Source of the DNA: Auanema rhodensis | Taxonomy: Eukaryota > Animalia > Nematoda | DNA length: 64,000 bases | Reading direction: 5' to 3' | Assembly: GCA_964057225.1 (NCBI GenBank) | Contig: OZ059897.1 | Coordinates: 22,878,001 to 22,942,000 of the forward strand | Shown: positions 1 to 11,968 of the stretch, one piece after another | How positions within the stretch are numbered: the stretch's first letter is position 1 | Layout of the letters: each line of letters opens with the position of its first letter | Notes under the pieces: generated by a model | Database searches by the model: none | What the model was told of the DNA's origin: nothing | The model's input: only the letters and a program-made list of their open reading frames with translations | Made by a program: the position numbers and the translations under genes

Positions 1-80
1 TGCACCAATATCAATAAAAATTTGTTTTTAGACTAATATGGACATGGGGAATCTAATTTTGAAAACCGCATCTCTTTATC

Positions 81-97
81 TTTCACGTGAAGCGAGT
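81..97 (+). other. CENP-B-box-like 17-mer containing the perfect 10-bp palindrome TTCACGTGAA (82-91); recurs every 176 bp
   Basis: TTTCACGTGAAGCGAGT against YTTCGTTGGAARCGGGA matches 11/17 positions and 7/9 core positions (NTTCGNNNNANNCGGGN). The palindrome is certain; function is unproven. Confidence 0.3.
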
Positions 98-113
98 TAC
101 ATACCAAGTGCAC

Positions 114-121
114 ATCACGTG
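114..121 (+). promoter_or_regulatory. E-box/G-box ATCACGTG, the second CACGTG of the monomer (the first is at 84-89); potential bHLH/bZIP site in nearly every monomer
   Basis: Direct motif match; it also fits the RTCACRTG consensus of the budding-yeast CDEI/Cbf1 site. No evidence of binding. Confidence 0.3.
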
Positions 122-165
122 TACATTTAATTAGCATAAATTAAAGTTCACGTAAATTTCAAAGT

Positions 166-178
166 CATGGTTACCATG
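166..178. other. Interrupted palindrome CATGGT-T-ACCATG (contains a BstEII GGTNACC site); extends to 15 bp, TCATGGTTACCATGA, when the next monomer has A at position 3
   Basis: The arms at 166-171 and 173-178 are exact reverse complements. It recurs at each monomer junction. Confidence 0.9.
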
Positions 179-3100
179 CACCAATATCAATAAAAATTTG
201 TTTTTAGACTAATATGGACATGGGGAATCTAATTTTGAAAACCGCATCTCTTTATCTTTCACGTGAAGCGAGTTACATACCTAGTGCACATCACGTGTAT
301 ATTTAATTAGCATAAATTAAAGTTCACGTAAATTTCAAAGTCATGGTTACCATGAAGCAATATCAATAAAAATTTGTTTTTAGACTAATATGGACATGGG
401 GAATCTAATTTTGAAAACCGCATCTCTTTATCTTTCACGTGAAGCGAGTTACATACCAAGTGCACATCACGTGTACATTTAATTAGCATAAATTAAAGTT
501 CACGTAAATTTCAAAGTCATGGTTACCATGAACCAATATCAATAAAAATTTGTTTTTAGACTAATATGGACATGAGGAATCTAATTTTGAAAACCGCATC
601 TCTTTATCTTTCACATGAAGCGAGTTACATACCAAGTGCACATCACGTGTACATTTAATTAGCATAAATTAAAGTTCACGTAAATTTCAAAGTCATGGTT
701 ACCATGAAGCAATATCAATAAAAATTTGTTTTTAGACTAATATGGACATGGGGAATCTAATTTTGAAAACCGCATCTTTTTATCTTTCACGTGAAGCGAG
801 TTACATACCAAGTGCACATCACGTGTACATTTAATTAGCATAAATTAAAGTTCACGTAAATTTCAAAGTCATGGTTACCATGAACCAATATCAATAAAAA
901 TTTGTTTTTAGACTAATATGGACATGGGGAATCTAATTTTGAAAACCGCATCTCTTTATCTTTCACGTGAAGCGAGTTACATACCAAGTGCACATCACGT
1001 GTACATTTAATTAGCATAAATTAAAGTTCACGTAAATTTCAAAGTCATGGTTACCATGCACCAATATCAATAAAAATTTGTTTTTAGACTAATATGGACA
1101 TGGGGAATCTAATTTTGAAAACCGCATCTCTTTATCTTTCACGTGAAGCGAGTTACATACCTAGTGCACATCACGTGTATATTTAATTAGCATGAATTAA
1201 AGTTCACGTAAATTTCAAAGTCATGGTTACCATGCACCAATATCAATAAAAATTTGTTTTTAGACTAATATGGACATGGGGAATCTAATTTTGAAAACCG
1301 CATCTCTTTATCTTTCACGTGAAGCGAGTTACATACCTAGTGCACATCACGTGTATATTTAATTAGCATAAATTAAAGTTCACGTAAATTTCAAAGTCAT
1401 GGTTACCATGAAGCAATATCAATAAAAATTTGTTTTTAGACTAATATGGACATGGGGAATCTAATTTTGAAAACCGCATCTCTTTATCTTTCACATGAAG
1501 CGAGTTACATACCAAGTGCACATCACGTGTACATTTAATTAGCATAAATTAAAGTTCACGTAAATTTCAAAGTCATGGTTACCATGCACCAATATCAATA
1601 AAAATTTGTTTTTAGACTAATATGGACATGGGGAATCTAATTTTGAAAACCGCATCTCTTTATCTTTCACGTGAAGCGAGTTACATACCTAGTGCACATC
1701 ACGTGTACATTTAATTAGCATAAATTAAAGTTCACGTAAATTTCAAAGTCATGGTTACCATGAACCAATATCAATAAAAATTTGTTTTTAGACTAATATG
1801 GACATGGGGAATCTAATTTTGAAAACCGCATCTCTTTATCTTTCACGTGAAGCGAGTTACATACCAAGTGCACATCACGTGTACATTTAATTAGCATAAA
1901 TTAAAGTTCACGTAAATTTCAAAGTCATGGTTACCATGCACCAATATCAATGAAAATTTGTTTTTAGACTAATATGGACATGGGGAATCTAATTTTGAAA
2001 ACCGCATCTCTTTATCTTTCACGTGAAGCGAGTTACATACCTAGTGCACATCACGTGTATATTTAATTAGCATAAATTAAAGTTCACGTAAATTTCAAAG
2101 TCATGGTTACCATGAACCAATATCAATAAAAATTTGTTTTTAGACTAATATGGACATGGGGAATCTAATTTTGAAAACCGCATCTCTTTATCTTTCACAT
2201 GAAGCGAGTTACATACCAAGTGCACATCACGTGTACATTTAATTAGCATAAATTAAAGTTCACGTAAATTTCAAAGTCATGGTTACCATGCACCAATATC
2301 AATAAAAATTTGTTTTTAGACTAATATGGACATGGGGAATCTAATTTTGAAAACCGCATCTCTTTATCTTTCACGTGAAGCGAGTTACATACCTAGTGCA
2401 CATCACGTGTATATTTAATTAGCATAAATTAAAGTTCACGTAAATTTCAAAGTCATGGTTACCATGAAGCAATATCAATAAAAATTTGTTTTTAGACTAA
2501 TATGGACATGGGGAATCTAATTTTGAAAACCGCATCTTTTTATCTTTCACGTGAAGCGAGTTACATACCAAGTGCACATCACGTGTACATTTAATTAGCA
2601 TAAATTAAAGTTCACGTAAATTTCAAAGTCATGGTTACCATGAACCAATATCAATAAAAATTTGTTTTTAGACTAATATGGACATGGGGAATCTAATTTT
2701 GAAAACCGCATCTCTTTATCTTTCACGTGAAGCGAGTTACATACCAAGTGCACATCACGTGTACATTTAATTAGCATAAATTAAAGTTCACGTAAATTTC
2801 AAAGTCATGGTTACCATGCACCAATATCAATAAAAATTTGTTTTTAGACTAATATGGACATGGGGAATCTAATTTTGAAAACCGCATCTCTTTATCTTTC
2901 ACGTGAAGCGAGTTACATACCTAGTGCACATCACGTGTATATTTAATTAGCATAAATTAAAGTTCACGTAAATTTCAAAGTCATGGTTACCATGCACCAA
3001 TATCAATAAAAATTTGTTTTTAGACTAATATGGACATGGGGAATCTAATTTTGAAAACCGCATCTCTTTATCTTTCACGTGAAGCGAGTTACATACCTAG

Positions 3101-5984
3101 TGCACATCACGTGTATATTTAATTAGCATAAATTAAAGTTCACGTAAATTTCAAAGTCATGGTTACCATGAAGCAATATCAATAAAAATTTGTTTTTAGA
3201 CTAATATGGACATGGGGAATCTGATTTTGAAAACCGCATCTCTTTATCTTTCACGTGAAGCGAGTTACATACCAAGTGCACATCACGTGTACATTTAATT
3301 AGCATAAATTAAAGTTCACGTAAATTTCAAAGTCATGGTTACCATGCACCAATATCAATAAAAATTTGTTTTTAGACTAATATGGACATGGGGAATCTAA
3401 TTTTGAAAACCGCATCTCTTTATCTTTCACGTGAAGCGAGTTACATACCAAGTGCACATCACGTGTACATTTAATTAGCATAAATTAAAGTTCACGTAAA
3501 TTTCAAAGTCATGGTTACCATGCACCAATATCAATAAAAATTTGTTTTTAGACTAATATGGACATGGGGAATCTAATTTTGAAAACCGCATCTCTTTATC
3601 TTTCACGTGAAGCGAGTTACATACCAAGTGCACATCACGTGTACATTTAATTAGCATAAATTAAAGTTCACGTAAATTTCAAAGTCATGGTTACCATGAA
3701 CCAATATCAATAAAAATTTGTTTTTAGACTAATATGGACATGAGGAATCTAATTTTGAAAACCGCATCTCTTTATCTTTCACATGAAGCGAGTTACATAC
3801 CAAGTGCACATCACGTGTACATTTAATTAGCATAAATTAAAGTTCACGTAAATTTCAAAGTCATGGTTACCATGAAGCAATATCAATAAAAATTTGTTTT
3901 TAGACTAATATGGACATGGGGAATCTAATTTTGAAAACCGCATCTTTTTATCTTTCACGTGAAGCGAGTTACATACCAAGTGCACATCACGTGTACATTT
4001 AATTAGCATAAATTAAAGTTCACGTAAATTTCAAAGTCATGGTTACCATGAACCAATATCAATAAAAATTTGTTTTTAGACTAATATGGACATGGGGAAT
4101 CTAATTTTGAAAACCGCATCTCTTTATCTTTCACGTGAAGCGAGTTACATACCAAGTGCACATCACGTGTACATTTAATTAGCATAAATTAAAGTTCACG
4201 TAAATTTCAAAGTCATGGTTACCATGCACCAATATCAATAAAAATTTGTTTTTAGACTAATATGGACATGGGGAATCTAATTTTGAAAACCGCATCTCTT
4301 TATCTTTCACGTGAAGCGAGTTACATACCTAGTGCACATCACGTGTACATTTAATTAGCATAAATTAAAGTTCACGTAAATTTCAAAGTCATGGTTACCA
4401 TGCACCAATATCAATAAAAATTTGTTTTTAGACTAATATGGACATGGGGAATCTAATTCTGAAAACCGCATCTCTTTATCTTTCACATGAAGCGAGTTAC
4501 ATACCAAGTGCACATCACGTGTATATTTAATTAGCATAAATTAAAGTTCACGTAAATTTCAAAGTCATGGTTACCATGAAGCAATATCAATAAAAATTTG
4601 TTTTTAGACTAATATGGACATGGGGAATCTAATTTTGAAAACCGCATCTCTTTATCTTTCACATGAAGCGAGTTACATACCAAGTGCACATCACGTGTAC
4701 ATTTAATTAGCATAAATTAAAGTTCACGTAAATTTCAAAGTCATGGTTACCATGCACCAATATCAATAAAAATTTGTTTTTAGACTAATATGGACATGGG
4801 GAATCTAATTTTGAAAACCGCATCTCTTTATCTTTCACGTGAAGCGAGTTACATACCAAGTGCACATCACGTGTACATTTAATTAGCATAAATTAAAGTT
4901 CACGTAAATTTCAAAGTCATGGTTACCATGAACCAATATCAATAAAAATTTGTTTTTAGACTAATATGGACATGGGGAATCTAATTTTGAAAACCGCATC
5001 TCTTTATCTTTCACGTGAAGCGAGTTACATACCAAGTGCACATCACGTGTACATTTAATTAGCATAAATTAAAGTTCACGTAAATTTCAAAGTCATGGTT
5101 ACCATGAACCAATATCAATAAAAGTTTGTTTTTAGACTAATATGGACATGGGGAATCTAATTTTGAAAACCGCATCTCTTTATCTTTCACGTGAAGCGAG
5201 TTACATACCAAGTGCACATCACGTGTACATTTAATTAGCATAAATTAAAGTTCACGTAAATTTCAAAGTCATGGTTACCATGAAGCAATATCAATAAAAA
5301 TTTGTTTTTAGACTAATATGGACATGGGGAATCTAATTTTGAAAACCGCATCTTTTTATCTTTCACGTGAAGCGAGTTACATACCAAGTGCACATCACGT
5401 GTACATTTAATTAGCATAAATTAAAGTTCACGTAAATTTCAAAGTCATGGTTACCATGAACCAATATCAATAAAAATTTGTTTTTAGACTAATATGGACA
5501 TGTGGAATCTAATTTTGAAAACCGCATCTCTTTATCTTTCACGTGAAGCGAGTTACATACCAAGTGCACATCACGTGTACATTTAATTAGCATAAATTAA
5601 AGTTCACGTAAATTTCAAAGTCATGGTTACCATGAACCAATATCAATAAAAATTTGTTTTTAGACTAATATGGACATGGGGAATCTAATTTTGAAAACCG
5701 CATCTCTTTATCTTTCACGTGAAGCGAGTTACATACCAAGTGCACATCACGTGTACATTTAATTAGCATAAATTAAAGTTCACGTAAATTTCAAAGTCAT
5801 GGTTACCATGAACCAATATCAATAAAAATTTGTTTTTAGACTAATATGGACATGGGGAATCTAATTTTGAAAACCGCATCTTTTTATCTTTCACGTGAAG
5901 CGAGTTACATACCAAGTGCACATCACGTGTACATTTAATTAGCATAAATTAAAGTTCACGTAAATTTCAAAGTCATGGTTACCA

Positions 5985-8900
5985 TGCACCAATATCAATA
6001 AAAATTTGTTTTTAGACTAATATGGACATGGGGAATCTAATTTTGAAAACCGCATCTCTTTATCTTTCACGTGAAGCGAGTTACATACCAAGTGCACATC
6101 ACGTGTACATTTAATTAGCATAAATTAAAGTTCACGTAAATTTCAAAGTCATGGTTACCATGAACCAATATCAATAAAAGTTTGTTTTTAGACTAATATG
6201 GACATGGGGAATCTAATTTTGAAAACCGCATCTTTTTATCTTTCACGTGAAGCGAGTTACATACCAAGTGCACATCACGTGTACATTTAATTAGCATAAA
6301 TTAAAGTTCACGTAAATTTCAAAGTCATGGTTACCATGCACCAATATCAATAAAAATTTGTTTTTAGACTAATATGGACATGGGGAATCTAATTTTGAAA
6401 ACCGCATCTCTTTATCTTTCACGTGAAGCGAGTTACATACCAAGTGCACATCACGTGTACATTTAATTAGCATAAATTAAAGTTCACGTAAATTTCAAAG
6501 TCATGGTTACCATGAACCAATATCAATAAAAGTTTGTTTTTAGACTAATATGGACATGGGGAATCTAATTTTGAAAACCGCATCTTTTTATCTTTCACGT
6601 GAAGCGAGTTACATACCAAGTGCACATCACGTGTACATTTAATTAGCATAAATTAAAGTTCACGTAAATTTCAAAGTCATGGTTACCATGCACCAATATC
6701 AATAAAAATTTGTTTTTAGACTAATATGGACATGGGGAATCTAATTTTGAAAACCGCATCTCTTTATCTTTCACGTGAAGCGAGTTACATACCAAGTGCA
6801 CATCACGTGTACATTTAATTAGCATAAATTAAAGTTCACGTAAATTTCAAAGTCATGGTTACCATGCACCAATATCAATAAAAATTTGTTTTTAGACTAA
6901 TATGGACATGGGGAATCTAATTTTGAAAACCGCATCTCTTTATCTTTCACGTGAAGCGAGTTACATACCAAGTGCACATCACGTGTACATTTAATTAGCA
7001 TAAATTAAAGTTCACGTAAATTTCAAAGTCATGGTTACCATGAACCAATATCAATAAAAGTTTGTTTTTAGACTAATATGGACATGGGGAATCTAATTTT
7101 GAAAACCGCATCTCTTTATCTTTCACGTGAAGCGAGTTACATACCAAGTGCACATCACGTGTACATTTAATTAGCATAAATTAAAGTTCACGTAAATTTC
7201 AAAGTCATGGTTACCATGAACCAATATCAATAAAAATTTGTTTTTAGACTAATATGGACATGGGGAATCTAATTTTGAAAACCGCATCTTTTTATCTTTC
7301 ACGTGAAGCGAGTTACATACCAAGTGCACATCACGTGTACATTTAATTAGCATAAATTAAAGTTCACGTAAATTTCAAAGTCATGGTTACCATGAACCAA
7401 TATCAATAAAAATTTGTTTTTAGACTAATATGGACATGGGGAATCTAATTTTGAAAACCGCATCTCTTTATCTTTCACGTGAAGCGAGTTACATACCAAG
7501 TGCACATCACGTGTACATTTAATTAGCATAAATTAAAGTTCACGTAAATTTCAAAGTCATGGTTACCATGAACCAATATCAATAAAAATTTGTTTTTAGA
7601 CTAATATGGACATGGGGAATCTAATTTTGAAAACCGCATCTCTTTATCTTTCACGTGAAGCGAGTTACATACCAAGTGCACATCACGTGTACATTTAATT
7701 AGCATAAATTAAAGTTCACGTAAATTTCAAAGTCATGGTTACCATGAACCAATATCAATAAAAATTTGTTTTTAGACTAATATGGACATGGGGAATCTAA
7801 TTTTGAAAACCGCATCTTTTTATCTTTCACCTGAAGCGAGTTACATACCAAGTGCACATCACGTGTACATTTAATTAGCATAAATTAAAGTTCACGTAAA
7901 TTTCAAAGTCATGGTTACCATGCACCAATATCAATAAAAATTTGTTTTTAGACTAATATGGACATGGGGAATCTAATTTTGAAAACCGCATCTCTTTATC
8001 TTTCACGTGAAGCGAGTTACATACCAAGTGCACATCACGTGTACATTTAATTAGCATAAATTAAAGTTCACGTAAATTTCAAAGTCATGGTTACCATGAA
8101 CCAATATCAATAAAAGTTTGTTTTTAGACTAATATGGACATGGGGAATCTAATTTTGAAAACCGCATCTCTTTATCTTTCACATGAAGCGAGTTACATAC
8201 CAAGTGCACATCACGTGTACATTTAATTAGCATAAATTAAAGTTCACGTAAATTTCAAAGTCATGGTTACCATGAAGCAATATCAATAAAAATTTGTTTT
8301 TAGACTAATATGGACATGGGGAATCTAATTTTGAAAACCGCATCTTTTTATCTTTCACGTGAAGCGAGTTACATACCAAGTGCACATCACGTGTACATTT
8401 AATTAGCATAAATTAAAGTTCACGTAAATTTCAAAGTCATGGTTACCATGAAGCAATATCAATAAAAATTTGTTTTTAGACTAATATGGACATGGGGAAT
8501 CTAATTTTGAAAACCGCATCTTTTTATCTTTCACGTGAAGCGAGTTACATACCAAGTGCACATCACGTGTACATTTAATTAGCATAAATTAAAGTTCACG
8601 TAAATTTCAAAGTCATGGTTACCATGCACCAATATCAATAAAAATTTGTTTTTAGACTAATATGGACATGAGGAATCTAATTTTGAAAACCGCATCTCTT
8701 TATCTTTCACGTGAAGCGAGTTACATACCAAGTGCACATCACGTGTACATTTAATTAGCATAAATTAAAGTTCACGTAAATTTCAAAGTCATGGTTACCA
8801 TGAACCAATATCAATAAAAATTTGTTTTTAGACTAATATGGACATGGGGAATCTAATTTTGAAAACCGCATCTCTTTATCTTTCACGTGAAGCGAGTTAC

Positions 8901-11900
8901 ATACCAAGTGCACATCACGTGTACATTTAATTAGCATAAATTAAAGTTCACGTAAATTTCAAAGTCATGGTTACCATGCACCAATATCAATAAAAATTTG
9001 TTTTTAGACTAATATGGACATGGGGAATCTAATTTTGAAAACCGCATCTCTTTATCTTTCACGTGAAGCGAGTTACATACCAAGTGCACATCACGTGTAC
9101 ATTTAATTAGCATAAATTAAAGTTCACGTAAATTTCAAAGTCATGGTTACCATGAACCAATATCAATAAAAGTTTGTTTTTAGACTAATATGGACATGGG
9201 GAATCTAATTTTGAAAACCGCATCTTTTTATCTTTCACGTGAAGCGAGTTACATACCAAGTGCACATCACGTGTACATTTAATTAGCATAAATTAAAGTT
9301 CACGTAAATTTCAAAGTCATGGTTACCATGCACCAATATCAATAAAAATTTGTTTTTAGACTAATATGGACATGGGGGATCTAATTTTGAAAACCGCATC
9401 TCTTTATCTTTCACGTGAAGCGAGTTACATACCAAGTGCACATCACGTGTACATTTAATTAGCATAAATTAAAGTTCACGTAAATTTCAAAGTCATGGTT
9501 ACCATGAACCAATATCAATAAAAGTTTGTTTTTAGACTAATATGGACATGGGGAATCTAATTTTGAAAACCGCATCTTTTTATCTTTCACGTGAAGCGAG
9601 TTACATACCAAGTGCACATCACGTGTACATTTAATTAGCATAAATTAAAGTTCACGTAAATTTCAAAGTCATGGTTACCATGCACCAATATCAATAAAAA
9701 TTTGTTTTTAGACTAATATGGACATGGGGAATCTAATTTTGAAAACCGCATCTCTTTATCTTTCACGTGAAGCGAGTTACATACCAAGTGCACATCACGT
9801 GTACATTTAATTAGCATAAATTAAAGTTCACGTAAATTTCAAAGTCATGGTTACCATGCACCAATATCAATAAAAATTTGTTTTTAGACTAATATGGACA
9901 TGGGGAATCTAATTTTGAAAACCGCATCTCTTTATCTTTCACGTGAAGCGAGTTACATACCAAGTGCACATCACGTGTACATTTAATTAGCATAAATTAA
10001 AGTTCACGTAAATTTCAAAGTCATGGTTACCATGAACCAATATCAATAAAAGTTTGTTTTTAGACTAATATGGACATGGGGAATCTAATTTTGAAAACCG
10101 CATCTCTTTATCTTTCACGTGAAGCGAGTTACATACCAAGTGCACATCACGTGTACATTTAATTAGCATAAATTAAAGTTCACGTAAATTTCAAAGTCAT
10201 GGTTACCATGAAGCAATATCAATAAAAATTTGTTTTTAGACTAATATGGACATGGGGAATCTAATTTTGAAAACCGCATCTTTTTATCTTTCACGTGAAG
10301 CGAGTTACATACCAAGTGCACATCACGTGTACATTTAATTAGCATAAATTAAAGTTCACGTAAATTTCAAAGTCATGGTTACCATGAACCAATATCAATA
10401 AAAATTTGTTTTTAGACTAATATGGACATGGGGAATCTAATTTTGAAAACCGCATCTCTTTATCTTTCACGTGAAGCGAGTTACATACCAAGTGCACATC
10501 ACGTGTACATTTAATTAGCATAAATTAAAGTTCACGTAAATTTCAAAGTCATGGTTACCATGAACCAATATCAATAAAAATTTGTTTTTAGACTAATATG
10601 GACATGGGGAATCTAATTTTGAAAACCGCATCTCTTTATCTTTCACGTGAAGCGAGTTACATACCAAGTGCACATCACGTGTACATTTAATTAGCATAAA
10701 TTAAAGTTCACGTAAATTTCAAAGTCATGGTTACCATGAACCAATATCAATAAAAATTTGTTTTTAGACTAATATGGACATGGGGAATCTAATTTTGAAA
10801 ACCGCATCTTTTTATCTTTCACCTGAAGCGAGTTACATACCAAGTGCACATCACGTGTACATTTAATTAGCATAAATTAAAGTTCACGTAAATTTCAAAG
10901 TCATGGTTACCATGCACCAATATCAATAAAAATTTGTTTTTAGACTAATATGGACATGGGGAATCTAATTTTGAAAACCGCATCTCTTTATCTTTCACGT
11001 GAAGCGAGTTACATACCAAGTGCACATCACGTGTACATTTAATTAGCATAAATTAAAGTTCACGTAAATTTCAAAGTCATGGTTACCATGAACCAATATC
11101 AATAAAAGTTTGTTTTTAGACTAATATGGACATGGGGAATCTAATTTTGAAAACCGCATCTCTTTATCTTTCACATGAAGCGAGTTACATACCAAGTGCA
11201 CATCACGTGTACATTTAATTAGCATAAATTAAAGTTCACGTAAATTTCAAAGTCATGGTTACCATGAAGCAATATCAATAAAAATTTGTTTTTAGACTAA
11301 TATGGACATGGGGAATCTAATTTTGAAAACCGCATCTTTTTATCTTTCACGTGAAGCGAGTTACATACCAAGTGCACATCACGTGTACATTTAATTAGCA
11401 TAAATTAAAGTTCACGTAAATTTCAAAGTCATGGTTACCATGAAGCAATATCAATAAAAATTTGTTTTTAGACTAATATGGACATGGGGAATCTAATTTT
11501 GAAAACCGCATCTTTTTATCTTTCACGTGAAGCGAGTTACATACCAAGTGCACATCACGTGTACATTTAATTAGCATAAATTAAAGTTCACGTAAATTTC
11601 AAAGTCATGGTTACCATGCACCAATATCAATAAAAATTTGTTTTTAGACTAATATGGACATGAGGAATCTAATTTTGAAAACCGCATCTCTTTATCTTTC
11701 ACGTGAAGCGAGTTACATACCAAGTGCACATCACGTGTACATTTAATTAGCATAAATTAAAGTTCACGTAAATTTCAAAGTCATGGTTACCATGAACCAA
11801 TATCAATAAAAATTTGTTTTTAGACTAATATGGACATGGGGAATCTAATTTTGAAAACCGCATCTTTTTATCTTTCACGTGAAGCGAGTTACATACCAAG

Positions 11901-11968
11901 TGCACATCACGTGTACATTTAATTAGCATAAATTAAAGTTTACGTAAATTTCAAAGTCATGGTTACCA
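5985..11968. repeat. Tandem duplication of a 17-monomer block (2 x 2992 bp)
   Basis: The private variant G87C (CACCTG) occurs at 7831 and 10823, 2992 bp apart. The order of A20G, C74T, G87A, GAAGC and G47A monomers is the same in 5985-8976 and 8977-11968, with only a few differences. Confidence 0.9.

Noticed and set aside
7-15. Invariant segments (e.g. 7-15, 125-131) as conserved functional boxes; AATAAA at 13-18 as a poly(A) signal
   Set aside because: With about 60 variants over 176 positions, gaps of 6-9 bp are expected by chance. AATAAA is common in 68% AT sequence and has no gene context here.
1-176. Assignment to known satellites of similar size (Brassica CentBr 176 bp, Arabidopsis CEN178, primate alpha 171 bp, honeybee AluI 176 bp)
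   Set aside because: Only the length is similar. I recognise no sequence similarity, and the consensus has no AAGCTT or AGCT site. A BLASTN search is needed.
1-176. Tandem 5S rRNA, tRNA, snRNA or spliced-leader gene units
   Set aside because: I recognise no conserved RNA gene sequence, Pol III A/B/C boxes or cloverleaf, and the unit is AT-rich.
114-215. Budding-yeast-like point centromere (CDEI ATCACGTG, 77-bp spacer, then TGTTTTT resembling the start of CDEIII)
   Set aside because: The spacer is only about 75% AT whereas CDEII exceeds 90%. The essential CCG core of CDEIII is missing at the required position, and point centromeres are not tandemly arrayed.
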